Shown here in pieces: positions 23,918-34,342 of a DNA stretch of 64,000 nt. Every line of letters begins with the position of its first letter. Position 1 is the stretch's first letter. The notes below the pieces were generated by a model. That model was not told where the DNA came from. It was given only the letters and a program-made list of their open reading frames with translations, and made no database searches. This DNA is from Squalus acanthias. Taxonomy: Eukaryota. The DNA is taken from NCBI GenBank assembly GCA_030390025.1, contig CM059449.1, positions 13,950,001 to 14,014,000 of the forward strand. The letters run 5' to 3'. Made by a program: the position numbers and the translations under genes.

Positions 23918-25193
23918 TGCTGGTGGAAGATCGGCTGTATTTATTTTCCCGCCGAAGTTACGACGGGAGATGGAGAGATTCCAGGCGAAACTCTTGATTC
24001 GATTTAAGCCGTCTGTGGAAGGTTTCTGGCAGCAAGCGACTGCTCCACCTGCTTTCATAACAATAGTGGCTGCTCTCCAGAAAGTAACTGAAAGCACTTT
24101 GATATGTTTCGACGATATGATAGGGCGCTGTACAAATTCAGCTTTTTTTCTTTATCAATGCGAGTGTGATTATTTTTGCATAATCGGATTTTTTATTCAT
24201 TCACGGGATGTGGGCGGCGCTGACACTTGTGTGGCGCGAATGTTACTTGCCACTTATCAGCCCAAGCCTGCAATATGCGCGGGTCTTGCTGCACGCGGGC
24301 AGGAGCTGCTTCATTATCTGGGGAGCTGCGAATAGAACTGAACACCGTGCAATCAACAGTCAACATCCCCACAATATGAGTCTTTTCCTTGAGATGCTCC
24401 ACAAAATGTTCTCGCCAAACCAGGATCTTTCTCCCGATCCGGTTGACTGCATCCGAATAACGGCCACTTCTCAGTCTCAGAACAAGTCGTTCATCTTCCG
24501 CGTTGTTCAGACTCCAAATTAAAATAATAATGTTGTACTACTTCCTGTAGCTATCTCACTGTTTGTCCCCCGTTTATCTCCCCTTTCCTTCCCTCTGCCT
24601 TGTTGCTTCTCTCCTGCTATCCCTTTCTCAATACCACCCTCTGATCCTCAACCACCTTCTCTCATTGGCGTCTCAGCATTCGCTCTGATTCCTTTTTCTC
24701 GGCCCTTCACTCTGCTTCTGTCCATTGCTCTTTTCTGTTCTCCTGTCTGTCTGACTCACAATACTCTCTCCTTGTCCCGCCTTGGTAGAAAGCAATTGCA
24801 AATGGAAAACAGTTGTTGAATGAATGAGGACAATGAAACCATGGATGTCATATATCTCAGGTAATCGATCTGCCATCGCATTGTATTAGTTTTGCGGCTG
24901 GCGGGTATTCCCCGCTGCTGAGTGACGCTGGGCAAGTGGTAGTGGAGGCAGCGAGGCGGAGCAGGACAACCAAGCATTAGCCTGTCTTTCCCTTTCCGAC
25001 CCTGGCTGACTTGCTGTATATTTGTAGCACTTTCTGTGTGTGTATATAGTGTGTTTCACGGTTCCAGTGTTCGCTGCTTTACTTTTTATCTCTGTTTCTA
25101 TATCATGTGGAATGAGAATGACCTTTACCGACAAAAATGCCGATCAATGTTAGACAGGTGTGGATTTTAGTACTTATCCGGTTTACCTTTCAG

Positions 25194-25535
25194 CAGCTGG
25201 GACGACGGATATCACCGTTTACCAGCTCCCTCCCTTTATAAATGCGACAGAGGGGGAGTCGGTGACACTGAACTGTGCCGTGGCTTCTGAAGAAAAGTTA
25301 CCTCCGATCGGCTCAGCTCAATGGACACGGGGTAAAACAAATGGGTACAAACTGGACGATAGTCCGTTTTACAGAGGACGGCTGCAGAAAGCGGACAGCG
25401 AGACATTTGCCAAAAATAGAATTTTCATTAAAATCTCCAACTTGACTGATAAAGACTCAGACACCTATTACTGCCGGATAACCTTAATGGGATTAGGATC
25501 GACAGACGGAAATGGCACCAAATTGGAAGTGAGAC
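25194..25535 (+). CDS. NCR3: NCR3/NKp30-like receptor, exon 2 (VJ-type Ig V domain)
   Basis: Open frame with B-strand Cys (VTLNC), Trp (IGSAQW), FYRGRL, DSDTYYC and a J-like GNGTKLEV. It parallels human NKp30 as I recall it (IGSVTW, EFRGRL, YVCRVEVLGLGVGTGNGTRLVV). Acceptor cctttcag|, donor C|gtaagt, phase 1-1. Confidence 0.92.
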
Positions 25536-25934
25536 GTAAGTAGCAACTTAAAAAATAATCGTTTACAAAGCACGTGTTCTAATTTTCTATTCACACAGAG
25601 CAGGGCGATCCTTGGTTCAATTTCAGGACTATGATTGGCTAGCTGACCCCAGCATACTGGGCACCGGGGATGGGGAATACCATCTCACTCGCTCCTTCTC
25701 CTCATTCTCAAATCATTTCCTCCTGGAAGTTGCTTGTTCTGCTGTGGGCATCAGGGGATGAAATTGGACGCAGAACAGGCGGATTTGCGTCGGCTGCCCG
25801 TTATACCGCTTGCCAGATATTCCGTTCCATTCAAGTCAGTGAAAATGAATATGGGGTTGAGCCTATAACAGGTGTCCGATGCGATACCGCCTGTGTTACC
25901 ATCACGCCCTTGCCCAATTTGTCTACTTTTTTAT

Positions 25935-26248
25935 ATATTTGTTCCGGGATGTGGGCCAGCATTTATTGCCCATCCCTAATTGCCCTTGAGAAGGTGGTGA
26001 TGAGCCGCCTTCTTGAACCGCGGCAGTCCGTGTGGTGAAGGTACTTCCACAGTGCTGTTAGGGAGGGAGTTCCAGGATTTTGATCAAGCGACGATGAAGG
26101 AACGGCCGATATATTTCCAAGTCAGGAAGGTGTGTGTGACTTGGAGGGGAACTTGGAGGTGGTGGTGTTCCCATGCGCCTGCTACCCTTGTCCCTCTAGG
26201 TGGTAGAGGTTGCGGGTTTGGGAGGTGCTGCCGAAGAAGCCTTGGCTG
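25935..26248 (-). mobile_element. Second LINE family 3' fragment in intron 2
   Basis: Reverse complement of the 21700-22030 type sequence. Confidence 0.85.
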
Positions 26249-26573
26249 AGCAGGGTTGTGATGCCGCTTAGAGTCAAATAGCCAATCACACCCTCTGGGC
26301 ACAACGTTGAAGAATCGCCATTAAAATGATATATCAGGAGCTCCGTGCAATGAGAACATGGCACAAAATCAACAGAGGTAGAGGGAAGCTTCTTGACATT
26401 GTCCTTATTATCACTGAAGTGCCAATAGTAGCACAATAGCATAGCAATCATTCTATTTCCATTGTAATACTTTTTTTACAATCATGCTATTTGTTTTAAT
26501 GCAAGCAAAATCGTTTTTCCTCAGCGTCTTCAGATTTAGATTTAATAATACTGACTTCAACTCCTTATTTCAG

Positions 26574-26684
26574 GCAGAATACAGAGCGAAGATTTAAAGC
26601 TGGGACTTGGACTGGGAGGTGTGCTGGTGTTGCTGGCTATAACCATCATAATTCTTACAATTCGACTGATCTGGCAAAACAAAG
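26574..26684 (+). CDS. NCR3: NCR3-like exon 3 (stalk + transmembrane: RRIQSEDLKLGLGLGGVLVLLAITIIILTIRLIWQNK)
   Basis: Acceptor ccttatttcag|, in frame with the V exon, ~21-residue hydrophobic run, phase-1 donor G|gtctgt (weak). Confidence 0.88.
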
Positions 26685-26902
26685 GTCTGTATCTTTACAA
26701 AACACACTGGTAACCTGTTTAAATATTACACTTTCGCTACAGTGCGGGGGAATTACTCTGGCCACTATAAGTAGCAATATACTGAATGCTTTCATGGAGC
26801 GAGTCAACAATTCCAGTGCAATCGGAATCGGGTTATTATGAAAAACGCTTGCGGTTACATCAGAAATAATAATAGGAGGAAATATCCATAATACATTATG
26901 AT

Positions 26903-27335
26903 ACATAGAAACTAGGAGCAGGAGTAGCCCATTCGGCCCGTCGAGCCTGCTCCACCATTCAATACGATCATGGCTGATCATCCAAATCCAGTACCCTGTC
27001 CCTACTCTCTCACACAGAATCCCCATCGAGCCTGCACCGACACATATCCCACCCTGTCCCCGTAACCCCACAGATTTAATTCCCCCTAACATATCCCATC
27101 CTATCCCCATAACCCCACATATTTAATCCCCCCCTAACACTAAGGGTCAATTTATCATAGCCAAATCAACCTAACCCGCACATTTTTGGACTGTGGGAGG
27201 AAACCGGAGCACCCGGAGGAAACCCACGCAGACACGGGGAGAATGTGCAAACTCCACACAGACAGTCACCCGAGGCCAGGTTCGAACCCGGGTCCCTGGC
27301 GTTGTGAAGCACCAGTGCTAACCACTATGCCACCG
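26903..27335 (-). mobile_element. HE1-type V-SINE with CR1-like tail in intron 3
   Basis: tRNA-like head plus V-domain core tgtgtggagtttgcacattctccccgtgtctgcgtgggtttcctccgggtgctccggtttcctcccaca. Confidence 0.85.
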
Positions 27336-27478
27336 ATGCACATATTGTCCAGAATAACTTTCCGTCCTCTCTATAAATTTATGTATCAAAGGTCAATTCT
27401 ACGGCATTTTAATAAGAAATAGCATCACAAAGTCATAATTTTACAACAATAATATTAATTTTCTTCTTTTCCTTTCAG

Positions 27479-27497
27479 TTATCCAGAGGCTGAAAAG
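27479..27497 (+). CDS. NCR3: NCR3-like exon 4 (19-nt cytoplasmic micro-exon, VIQRLK)
   Basis: Long polypyrimidine acceptor ttttcttcttttcctttcag|, donor AG|gtacgg; keeps the frame open to exon 7. Confidence 0.72.
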
Positions 27498-27588
27498 GTA
27501 CGGGCAATTTTAACTCCTATAGAATTGATGATCATTCAGAACATAATGTGCATAATTTTAAATTCAAATATCATCTCGCTTATTACAG

Positions 27589-27617
27589 AAATCACAGCGG
27601 AGCCAATACAATAGATG
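27589..27617 (+). CDS. NCR3: NCR3-like exon 5 (29-nt micro-exon, RNHSGANTID)
   Basis: Acceptor ttattacag|, donor G|gtaagg, phases 2-1 fit exons 4 and 6; 91-nt upstream intron. Confidence 0.7.
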
Positions 27618-27747
27618 GTAAGGGAGCTTTAGTTGCATTAATTTACATTGATCATTGTTGCTGATTAATTAAAACAAACTAAATATACAAATACATTTCC
27701 AGGTTATTTTATTCAAAATCATTTGATTTCCAGTCAGGTTCTACTGA

Positions 27748-27784
<37 letters not shown>

Positions 27785-27785
<1 letters not shown>

Positions 27786-28330
27786 ACCATCTACAAGGCA
27801 CAAGTCAGGAGTGTGATGGAATACTCTCCACTTGCCTGGATGAGTGCAGCTCCAACAACACTCAAGAAGCTCGACACCATCCAGGACAAAACAGCCCGCT
27901 TGATTGACACCCCATCCACAACATTAAACGTTCAATTCCTCCACCACCGGCGTAATGTGGCTACAGTATGTAGTATCTAAAAGATGCACTGCAGCAACTC
28001 GCCAAGGCTTATTCGGCAGCACTGCCCAATCCCGCGACCTCTACCACCTAGAAGGACAAGGGCAGCAGGCACGTGGGAACACCACCACCTCCAAGTTCCC
28101 CTCCAAGTCACACACCATCCTGACTTAGAAGTATATTGCTGATCCTTCATCGTCGCTGGGTCAAAATCCTGGAAATCCCTCCCTAACAGCTCTGTGGGAG
28201 TACCTTCACCAGAGGGACTGCAGCGGTTCAAGAAGGCGGCTCACCACCACCTTCTCAAGGGCAATTAGGTATGGGCAAAAAATGTTGGCCTTGCCAGTGA
28301 TGCCCACATACTATAAAACAAATTTTAAAA
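27785..28330 (+). mobile_element. Second LINE family fragment flanked by (TG)n microsatellites (27753-27784; ~28335-28442)
   Basis: IYKAQVRSVMEYSPLAW peptide; TG runs on both sides. Confidence 0.85.
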
Positions 28331-28487
28331 ATTGTTTGTATGTGTGTATGCATGTGACTATGTATGTAAGTGTTTATGTATGTGTGTGTGTGTGTATGTG
28401 AGTGCATGTGTGAGTGTGTGTGTGTGTGTGTTGCATTGTGTGATTCTGACACATTCTCTGTCATTGTCTCTCCTCTCATTTTCACAG

Positions 28488-28516
28488 CAACAGCTGATCT
28501 ACAGCCAACAACACAA
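28488..28516 (+). CDS. NCR3: NCR3-like exon 6 (29-nt micro-exon, ATADLQPTTQ)
   Basis: Acceptor ctcctctcattttcacag|, donor CAA|gtaaga, phases 1-0. Confidence 0.7.
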
Positions 28517-30209
28517 GTAAGAACTATCAGATGATGAGATGTTTTATATGTGCAATGACAGATGTTTCAGGTGTACAATAAGGCAACGGTAATTGGGTAC
28601 GGTAGCATAGTGGTTATGTTACTGGACTAGTAATCCCGAGGTCTGGGCTCATGTTCCATGAGACATGAATTCAAATCCCACCATAGCAATTGAGGATAAT
28701 TAAACTCAAAAGCATTAAATAAATCTGAAATTAAAAAAAGAAATAAGCTAGTCTAATTCATGGTGACCATGAAAATACTGAATTATCATAAAAATCCATC
28801 TGGTTCACTGATGTCCTTTAGAGAAGGACATATGGCCTATATATGACTCCAGACCCACAGCAATATGATTGACTCTTAACTGCCCTCTGAGGTGATCTTG
28901 CAAGCTATTCGGTTGTATTTAAGAAGGCAGCTCACCACTACCTTCTTGCGGGCAATTAGGGATGAACAATAAATGCTGGCCTTGCCGACGATGTCCACAT
29001 CCCATGAATGAATTAAAAAAATTCGCCATCAGCTATCTACGGCGAAGGAATTGTTCTGTTCTCTACGTATTTTCAATATCCTATATGTGCCTGTGAAGAT
29101 TTTCCCATGTTACGTATGTTTCAGGGATGTGCTTATAATTGCCAGTAAAATGAAACCAGAGGTAATAACTATTCAAAGTCGTGTTTCAGGGGATGCAGTG
29201 CCAACAGCATTATGACCTGAATTCAAATCCAGCCTCGACTGATGGGCTGAAAGGCTCCTCTCTCTGTTGGCTGTAAGGTTTCATAACTTCCCAATGGACA
29301 TAAAAAAAACACAATTTGGTATTAAATTGGTAATCTCAGTCACAGAGGTCATAAAGTGCGAGAGTAGAAAAGTTCAGAGTTGGAGTGTAATGGTCTTTTT
29401 TTCTGAGCTTTGTGTGTAGAGCGTTGTACAAGCAGAGTAGAGGAAAATTCACCTTGCAGCCTATTATACTATAGCTGACCCAGGAAGACTGGATGCCCAC
29501 AATGGATAGCATTAGGTGCCCTTCTTCCATGTACAATCGTCACAATATCTCATTCCAGTTGATCCCCCGAGTATGAGCCCCATCTTCGTTTCTTTATGTC
29601 CAAGGGGCACTCAACCGGATAAGCCACCCATTCCCAGATCTGGCTTGCCACATTAATTTCTTCCAGGCTTCGCTTTCCTCTGCAGAAACCATCCGCTACT
29701 CTCGGATCATCCTGGAAGGTAGAGAAAACTGCAGGCTCCTTTTCTCTACTACCTTAAACAACTTTGACCACCGCCTCCTCTCCCATCTCTAACAACCAGT
29801 GCGAGGAACTCACGCATTTCTTCCTCTCGAAGATAGAGACCATCTGTTCAGCTGCCTCGCTGCTCCTGTCTTCCACTTGTCCACTAAGACAAATGTCCCC
29901 CAGTCCTGTCGCCATCATTGCCCTGAAACCTGGATTCTCACTAGTTTCTGCCCTTTTCCTCAAACCCCCTCCAAATTTATCTCATCCATGAGACCTACTT
30001 TCTGTTCCCTTGACCCTCTTTCCCACCAAACTCCTGATCACCCAACGGCCACTATTGTGAATGTCTAAATTTACACAGGGGCTGTTGCCCTGCCTTTCAA
30101 AGCTGCTGCCTTTACCCGTTTTCAAGATCCCGCCCTTTTTTATTCATTCACAGTATGTGGGCGTCGCTGGCAAGGCCAGCATTTATTGCCCATTCCTAAT
30201 TGTCCCTAA

Positions 30210-30700
30210 TGAGAAGTCGCACAACACCAGGTTATAGTCCAACAGATTTATTTAATTTTACAAGCTTTCGGAACAGTTCGCTCCTTCGTCAGGTAAGTTA
30301 GCAGTGAGAGAATCTCCCAGAATTCACAATTTAAACACAGACAAAATATATTCAAATCTTTCCCTACATCAAAGAGCATAGCCAAGACAATGAGATGTGT
30401 CCCAGGGGGTCCAACGTGTCAAACCACCTGCTGGCTGCATATCCTGTCAATCTGTGTAGGTTCTTGTGTTAGTCTTTTTAAAAAAATACACCTGGGAAGA
30501 CCGGCCATGATGTCAAGTCACGTTCTGTATCGTGACATGAACCCGATATCGCGATTGAGGCCATCCTCATGAGTGCGGAACTTGGCTATCAGTTTCTGCT
30601 CTATGATTTTGCGCTGTCGTGTATCTCGAAGGCCGCCTTGGAGAACGCTTACCTGCATATCCGAGTCTGAATGCCCCTGGCTGCTGAAGTGTTCCCCGAG
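30210..30700 (-). mobile_element. Penelope-like fragment nested in LINE fragments (intron 6)
   Basis: The minus strand encodes HFSSQGHSDSDMQVSVLQGGLRDTRQRKIIEQKLIAKFRTHEDGLNRD (GIY-YIG C-terminus). It is flanked by second-family LINE and degenerate L2-like sequence (~29540-31620). Confidence 0.75.
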
Positions 30701-31658
30701 TTGTCCTTGAGGAGGAGGTGGTGAGCTGCTGCCTTCTTGAACTGCTGCAGTCCATGTGGTGAAGGTACTGCCACAGTGCTGTTTGCTAGGGAATTCCAGG
30801 GTTTTGGCCCAGCGATCATGAAGGAACGGCGATATATTTCCAAGTCAGGGTGGTGTGTGACTTGGAGGGGAATTGGAGGTGGTGCCGTTCCCACGCGCCT
30901 ACTGCCCTTGTCACGGATTTGGGAGCTGCTGACGAAGAAGCCTTGGTGAGTTGCTGCAGTGTATCTTTGACCTGTCTGTCCTTTCCAGGTAATGTCCCAT
31001 CTTGAACCTTCCTTTCACCTCCAAGGTCCTTAGAATGCTGTCGCCTCCCAGATATGTACCCATTTCCCTTCAGATCAGGTTTCTGCCTTTGCCACAACAT
31101 TGAGACGACCCTGACCAAAGTCTCAAGTGGCATTCTCTGCTACTGTGGCCATGGTATGTTCTGCATAACCTCTCTGTAAACTTTGAAACATCAACCACAC
31201 GATCCTCTTCCAATGTATCTTATCTATTGCTCAACTCCATGGCACTGCTCTTGCTTAGCTGTACAATAATGCATCTAATTTTAACCAGAGCATCTCCAGC
31301 AAAGTCATCTTTTTCCACCAACAGCCGTTAGCTTGGGAGTCTCCAAAGGATCCATCCTATGCTCCCTCGTCTATATCCTTCTCCGAGTTGGCATCATCGA
31401 ATCTATGCATTCAGCTTCCATATTTATGCCAATTACAGCTCTACTCATCCACCACCTATCTCGACCCCTCCTTATGCTGTCAGACTGTATCTCCAACATT
31501 TAGTTTTCACTATGTGTCCTTTTTCTGATTACTAATCGTTCAAGTGACTTGGTACGTTTTTCTGCTTAATGGACACAATAAATATGCAAATTGGTGGTGT
31601 TGTATTTATATGCATTTGGACTTCAAACTCATTTTAATCCGATTGCGATAATTGTTAG

Positions 31659-31787
31659 GTACATTCCAATCGTGGCAGTGACGAGGCAGTTTCCCTGCAC
31701 TGTGCCAAAGTGAACACAAAGCAAGAGGGGAAGTCGAGGAGAATGAACATGCAGGTACATCATGTGGAGTACGCCACCATCAGATGA
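31659..31787 (+). CDS. NCR3: NCR3-like terminal exon 7 (VHSNRGSDEAVSLHCAKVNTKQEGKSRRMNMQVHHVEYATIR*), ITIM-bearing
   Basis: Acceptor attgttag|, phase 0 matching the exon 6 donor, 42 open codons ending in VEYATI (31764-31781) then TGA. The seven exons sum to 717 nt, a multiple of 3, with no internal stop. Possible ATTAAA at 32345. Confidence 0.75.
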   Translation, partial: VHSNRGSDEAVSLHCAKVNTKQEGKSRRMNMQVHHVEYATIR

Positions 31788-32527
31788 AGCTGTGAGAAGA
31801 AATCTGAAAGACCTCAAAACCCTGATCCTACATATGCCACTAGGAGAACAAGAGCAATTTTAAACAATATCCAGCACACCGACCGCCTTGCTCTTTATTA
31901 CTCTGCCAACAAGGTTGCGACATGTTAACTGAATGTGTGTAAATCTGCAGCTGTTCCTAATTTCCCAGTTATCGAATATTCTGCGGTTTCAGATAAGCAC
32001 CCTGTAGAGGCTAAGTGTCTCTTGGCAACTCTTAGAAAATTGAATCTTCCTTATCATTAACACAAACTATGTTTTCCAGCCTGGCAAGCTGAAGAAGGTG
32101 GGAAAAGAGGTCCTTCTGGGTCACTGTGTGTAGCTACAGCATAAATGAAAATTGCATTACGTGGGTATTTCTTGTGAAATTATAAAAGCGTTCTTAAAAA
32201 TGTGTTTGCTGTTTTCCTAGAAATAGGAATTAAGAAATATTCTCAGTGTGTTTACAATGTCGATAACAGATGGTTGTCAGAAAAAAATGTATCCCAAAAT
32301 GTAAATATGCTACTTACTATTAACTGGTTCCAGTTTGTATGATCATTAAAATACTTAATCTACTTAGCTCTGCATGCCAGATTTACCATAGCTCTTCGCC
32401 CAAGTGTGCATCACAAATATTTCAATTTTGCACATGACATTTTCTCAGATTCAATGTCACCAGTCACTTCTATAAGTGGACCGAAGGTCCCTGACGATTT
32501 GGAGTGCACCGTTTGCTGTCCAGTATC

Positions 32528-33120
32528 ATAAGAAAACAGCAGAAGGTTTTTGAGCCCCTCGAGCCTGTTCTGCCATTCATTGAGATCATGGCTGATCTGT
32601 ATCTTAACTCCATCCACCTGCCTTTGCTCCATGTCCGTTAATACCCTTGGCTAGCAAAGATCTATCGATCCTGAATTTAAAAATATTAATTTAGCTAGCA
32701 TCTATTGCTGTTTGTGGGAGGGACTTCTTCACTTTCACCACGCTTTGTGTGAAGAAGTGTTTCCTAACTTCTCGCCTCAATGAGAGATTTTAAGGTTATA
32801 ACCCGTGTCCTAGACTCCCACAACAGCGTAAAATGTTTCTCTCTATCTACTCTATCAATTCCTTTCAAAATCCTAAAAACCTCAATCAAATCACCTTTAA
32901 CCTTCTAGATTCTAGGGACTACAAGACTAGTTTATGTAATCTCTCTGCGTAATTTAACCCTGGTAACATTCTGGTGATTCTGCGTCGCACTCCTAAGGCC
33001 AATATATACTTTCTAACGTAGGGTGCCAAGAATTGTACACAGTACTCCAGATGTAGTGTAACCAGGGCTTTATATAGCTGTAGATAAACCTCCTCCACTT
33101 TATATTCTAGCGCTCTAGTT
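32528..33120 (-). mobile_element. Degenerate CR1 3' fragment
   Basis: CR1 3' stem-loop tail and RT C-terminal remnants. Confidence 0.8.
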
Positions 33121-33184
33121 ATTAAGTTAAATTAATTTATCTAGTTCAACGATATTATAGCAGGACTGTAACAGATTACAACTA

Positions 33185-34342
33185 CTGCAACTTGTATTTA
33201 TATAACGCCTTTAACATAGTAAAACGTCCCAAGGTGCTTCACATGAGTGTTATTAAACAAAATTTGTCACCAAGTCACATAAGGAGATATTAGGACAGGT
33301 GATCAAAATTTTGGTCAAAGATGTAGTTTTAAGGGGCATCTTAAAGGAGGAGAGAGAGGTAGAGAGGCGGAGAGGCTTATGGAAGGAATTCCAGTGTTTG
33401 GGCCCAAGGCAGCTGAAGGCAGATCCACCAATGGTGGAGCGATTAAAATCGCGGAGGTACAAGAGTACAGAAATGGATCAGCATGGAGATCTCGGAGGGA
33501 TGTAGGGCTCAGTTTAGTGTCAAATAGGACACCAAGGTTTGAAACAGTCTGGTTCAGCCTCAGACAGTGGCCAGGGAGAGGGACGGAGTCGATAGCTAGG
33601 GAACAGTATGTGTGGCGTGGACCGAAGGCAATGGCTTCGATCTTACCAATATTTAGTTGGAGGAAGTATCTGCTCATCCAGTGCTCGATGTTGGACAAAC
33701 AACATAACAAATCCGAGGCAGTGGAAAGTTCGAGAGTGGTGGTGGCGGGGTAGAGCTGGGTGTCATCAGTGTATATATGGAAACTGAAGTTGTGTTTTCG
33801 AGGATGGACAGCATGTAGATGAGAAATATGAGGGGGGTGAATATTAGATCCTTGCAAGACTCCAGAGGTAATGGTGCGGGAGTGTAAAGAGAAGTCATTG
33901 CAGGTGGTTCTCTGGCTATGACTGGAAAGATAGGAATGGAACCAGGCGACGGCAGTCCCACTCAGCTGGATGATGGAGGAGAAGGTGTTGGAGGAGGATG
34001 GTGTGGTCAACCGTGTCAAAGGCTGCAGACAGGTTCAGGAGGATGAGGAGGGACAGTTTACTTTTGTCACAGTCGCATTGGATGTAATTTGTGACTTTGA
34101 TAAGGGCCGTTTCAATGCTATGGCATGGGCGGAAACATGATTGGAGATATTGAAACATGGAACTGCTACAAAGATGGCCACAAATTTGGGAGGCGACAAC
34201 ACCTTCAAGGTCCTTGCAGAGCAAGGGGAGTTTGGAGAAGCGGCAGTATTTTACAGGGCCAAGGGTGGGTTTTGTGAGGATGGGGCTGATGATGGCAGAT
34301 TTGAAGGGGAGGGAGACAGTACCTGAGCAGAGAGAAGACAAG
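33185..34342 (-). mobile_element. L2-clade LINE fragment
   Basis: ETALIKV..LLILLNLSAAFDTVDH, WFHSYLS, YTDDTQLY, LQLNIGK, NLGVLFD motifs. Confidence 0.85.

Noticed and set aside
25160-25543. ORF-track protein MDFSTY...EVRRK as a complete gene, or as a rearranging TCR/Ig V segment
   Set aside because: The GTG start is intronic and real splice sites bound the exon. The J-like GxG strand is already germline-joined and no RSS flanks it.
28488-28520. Alternative frame QQLIYSQQHK* as an ITIM exon
   Set aside because: It lacks the Y+3 hydrophobic residue, and no upstream exon combination reaches this frame without a stop.
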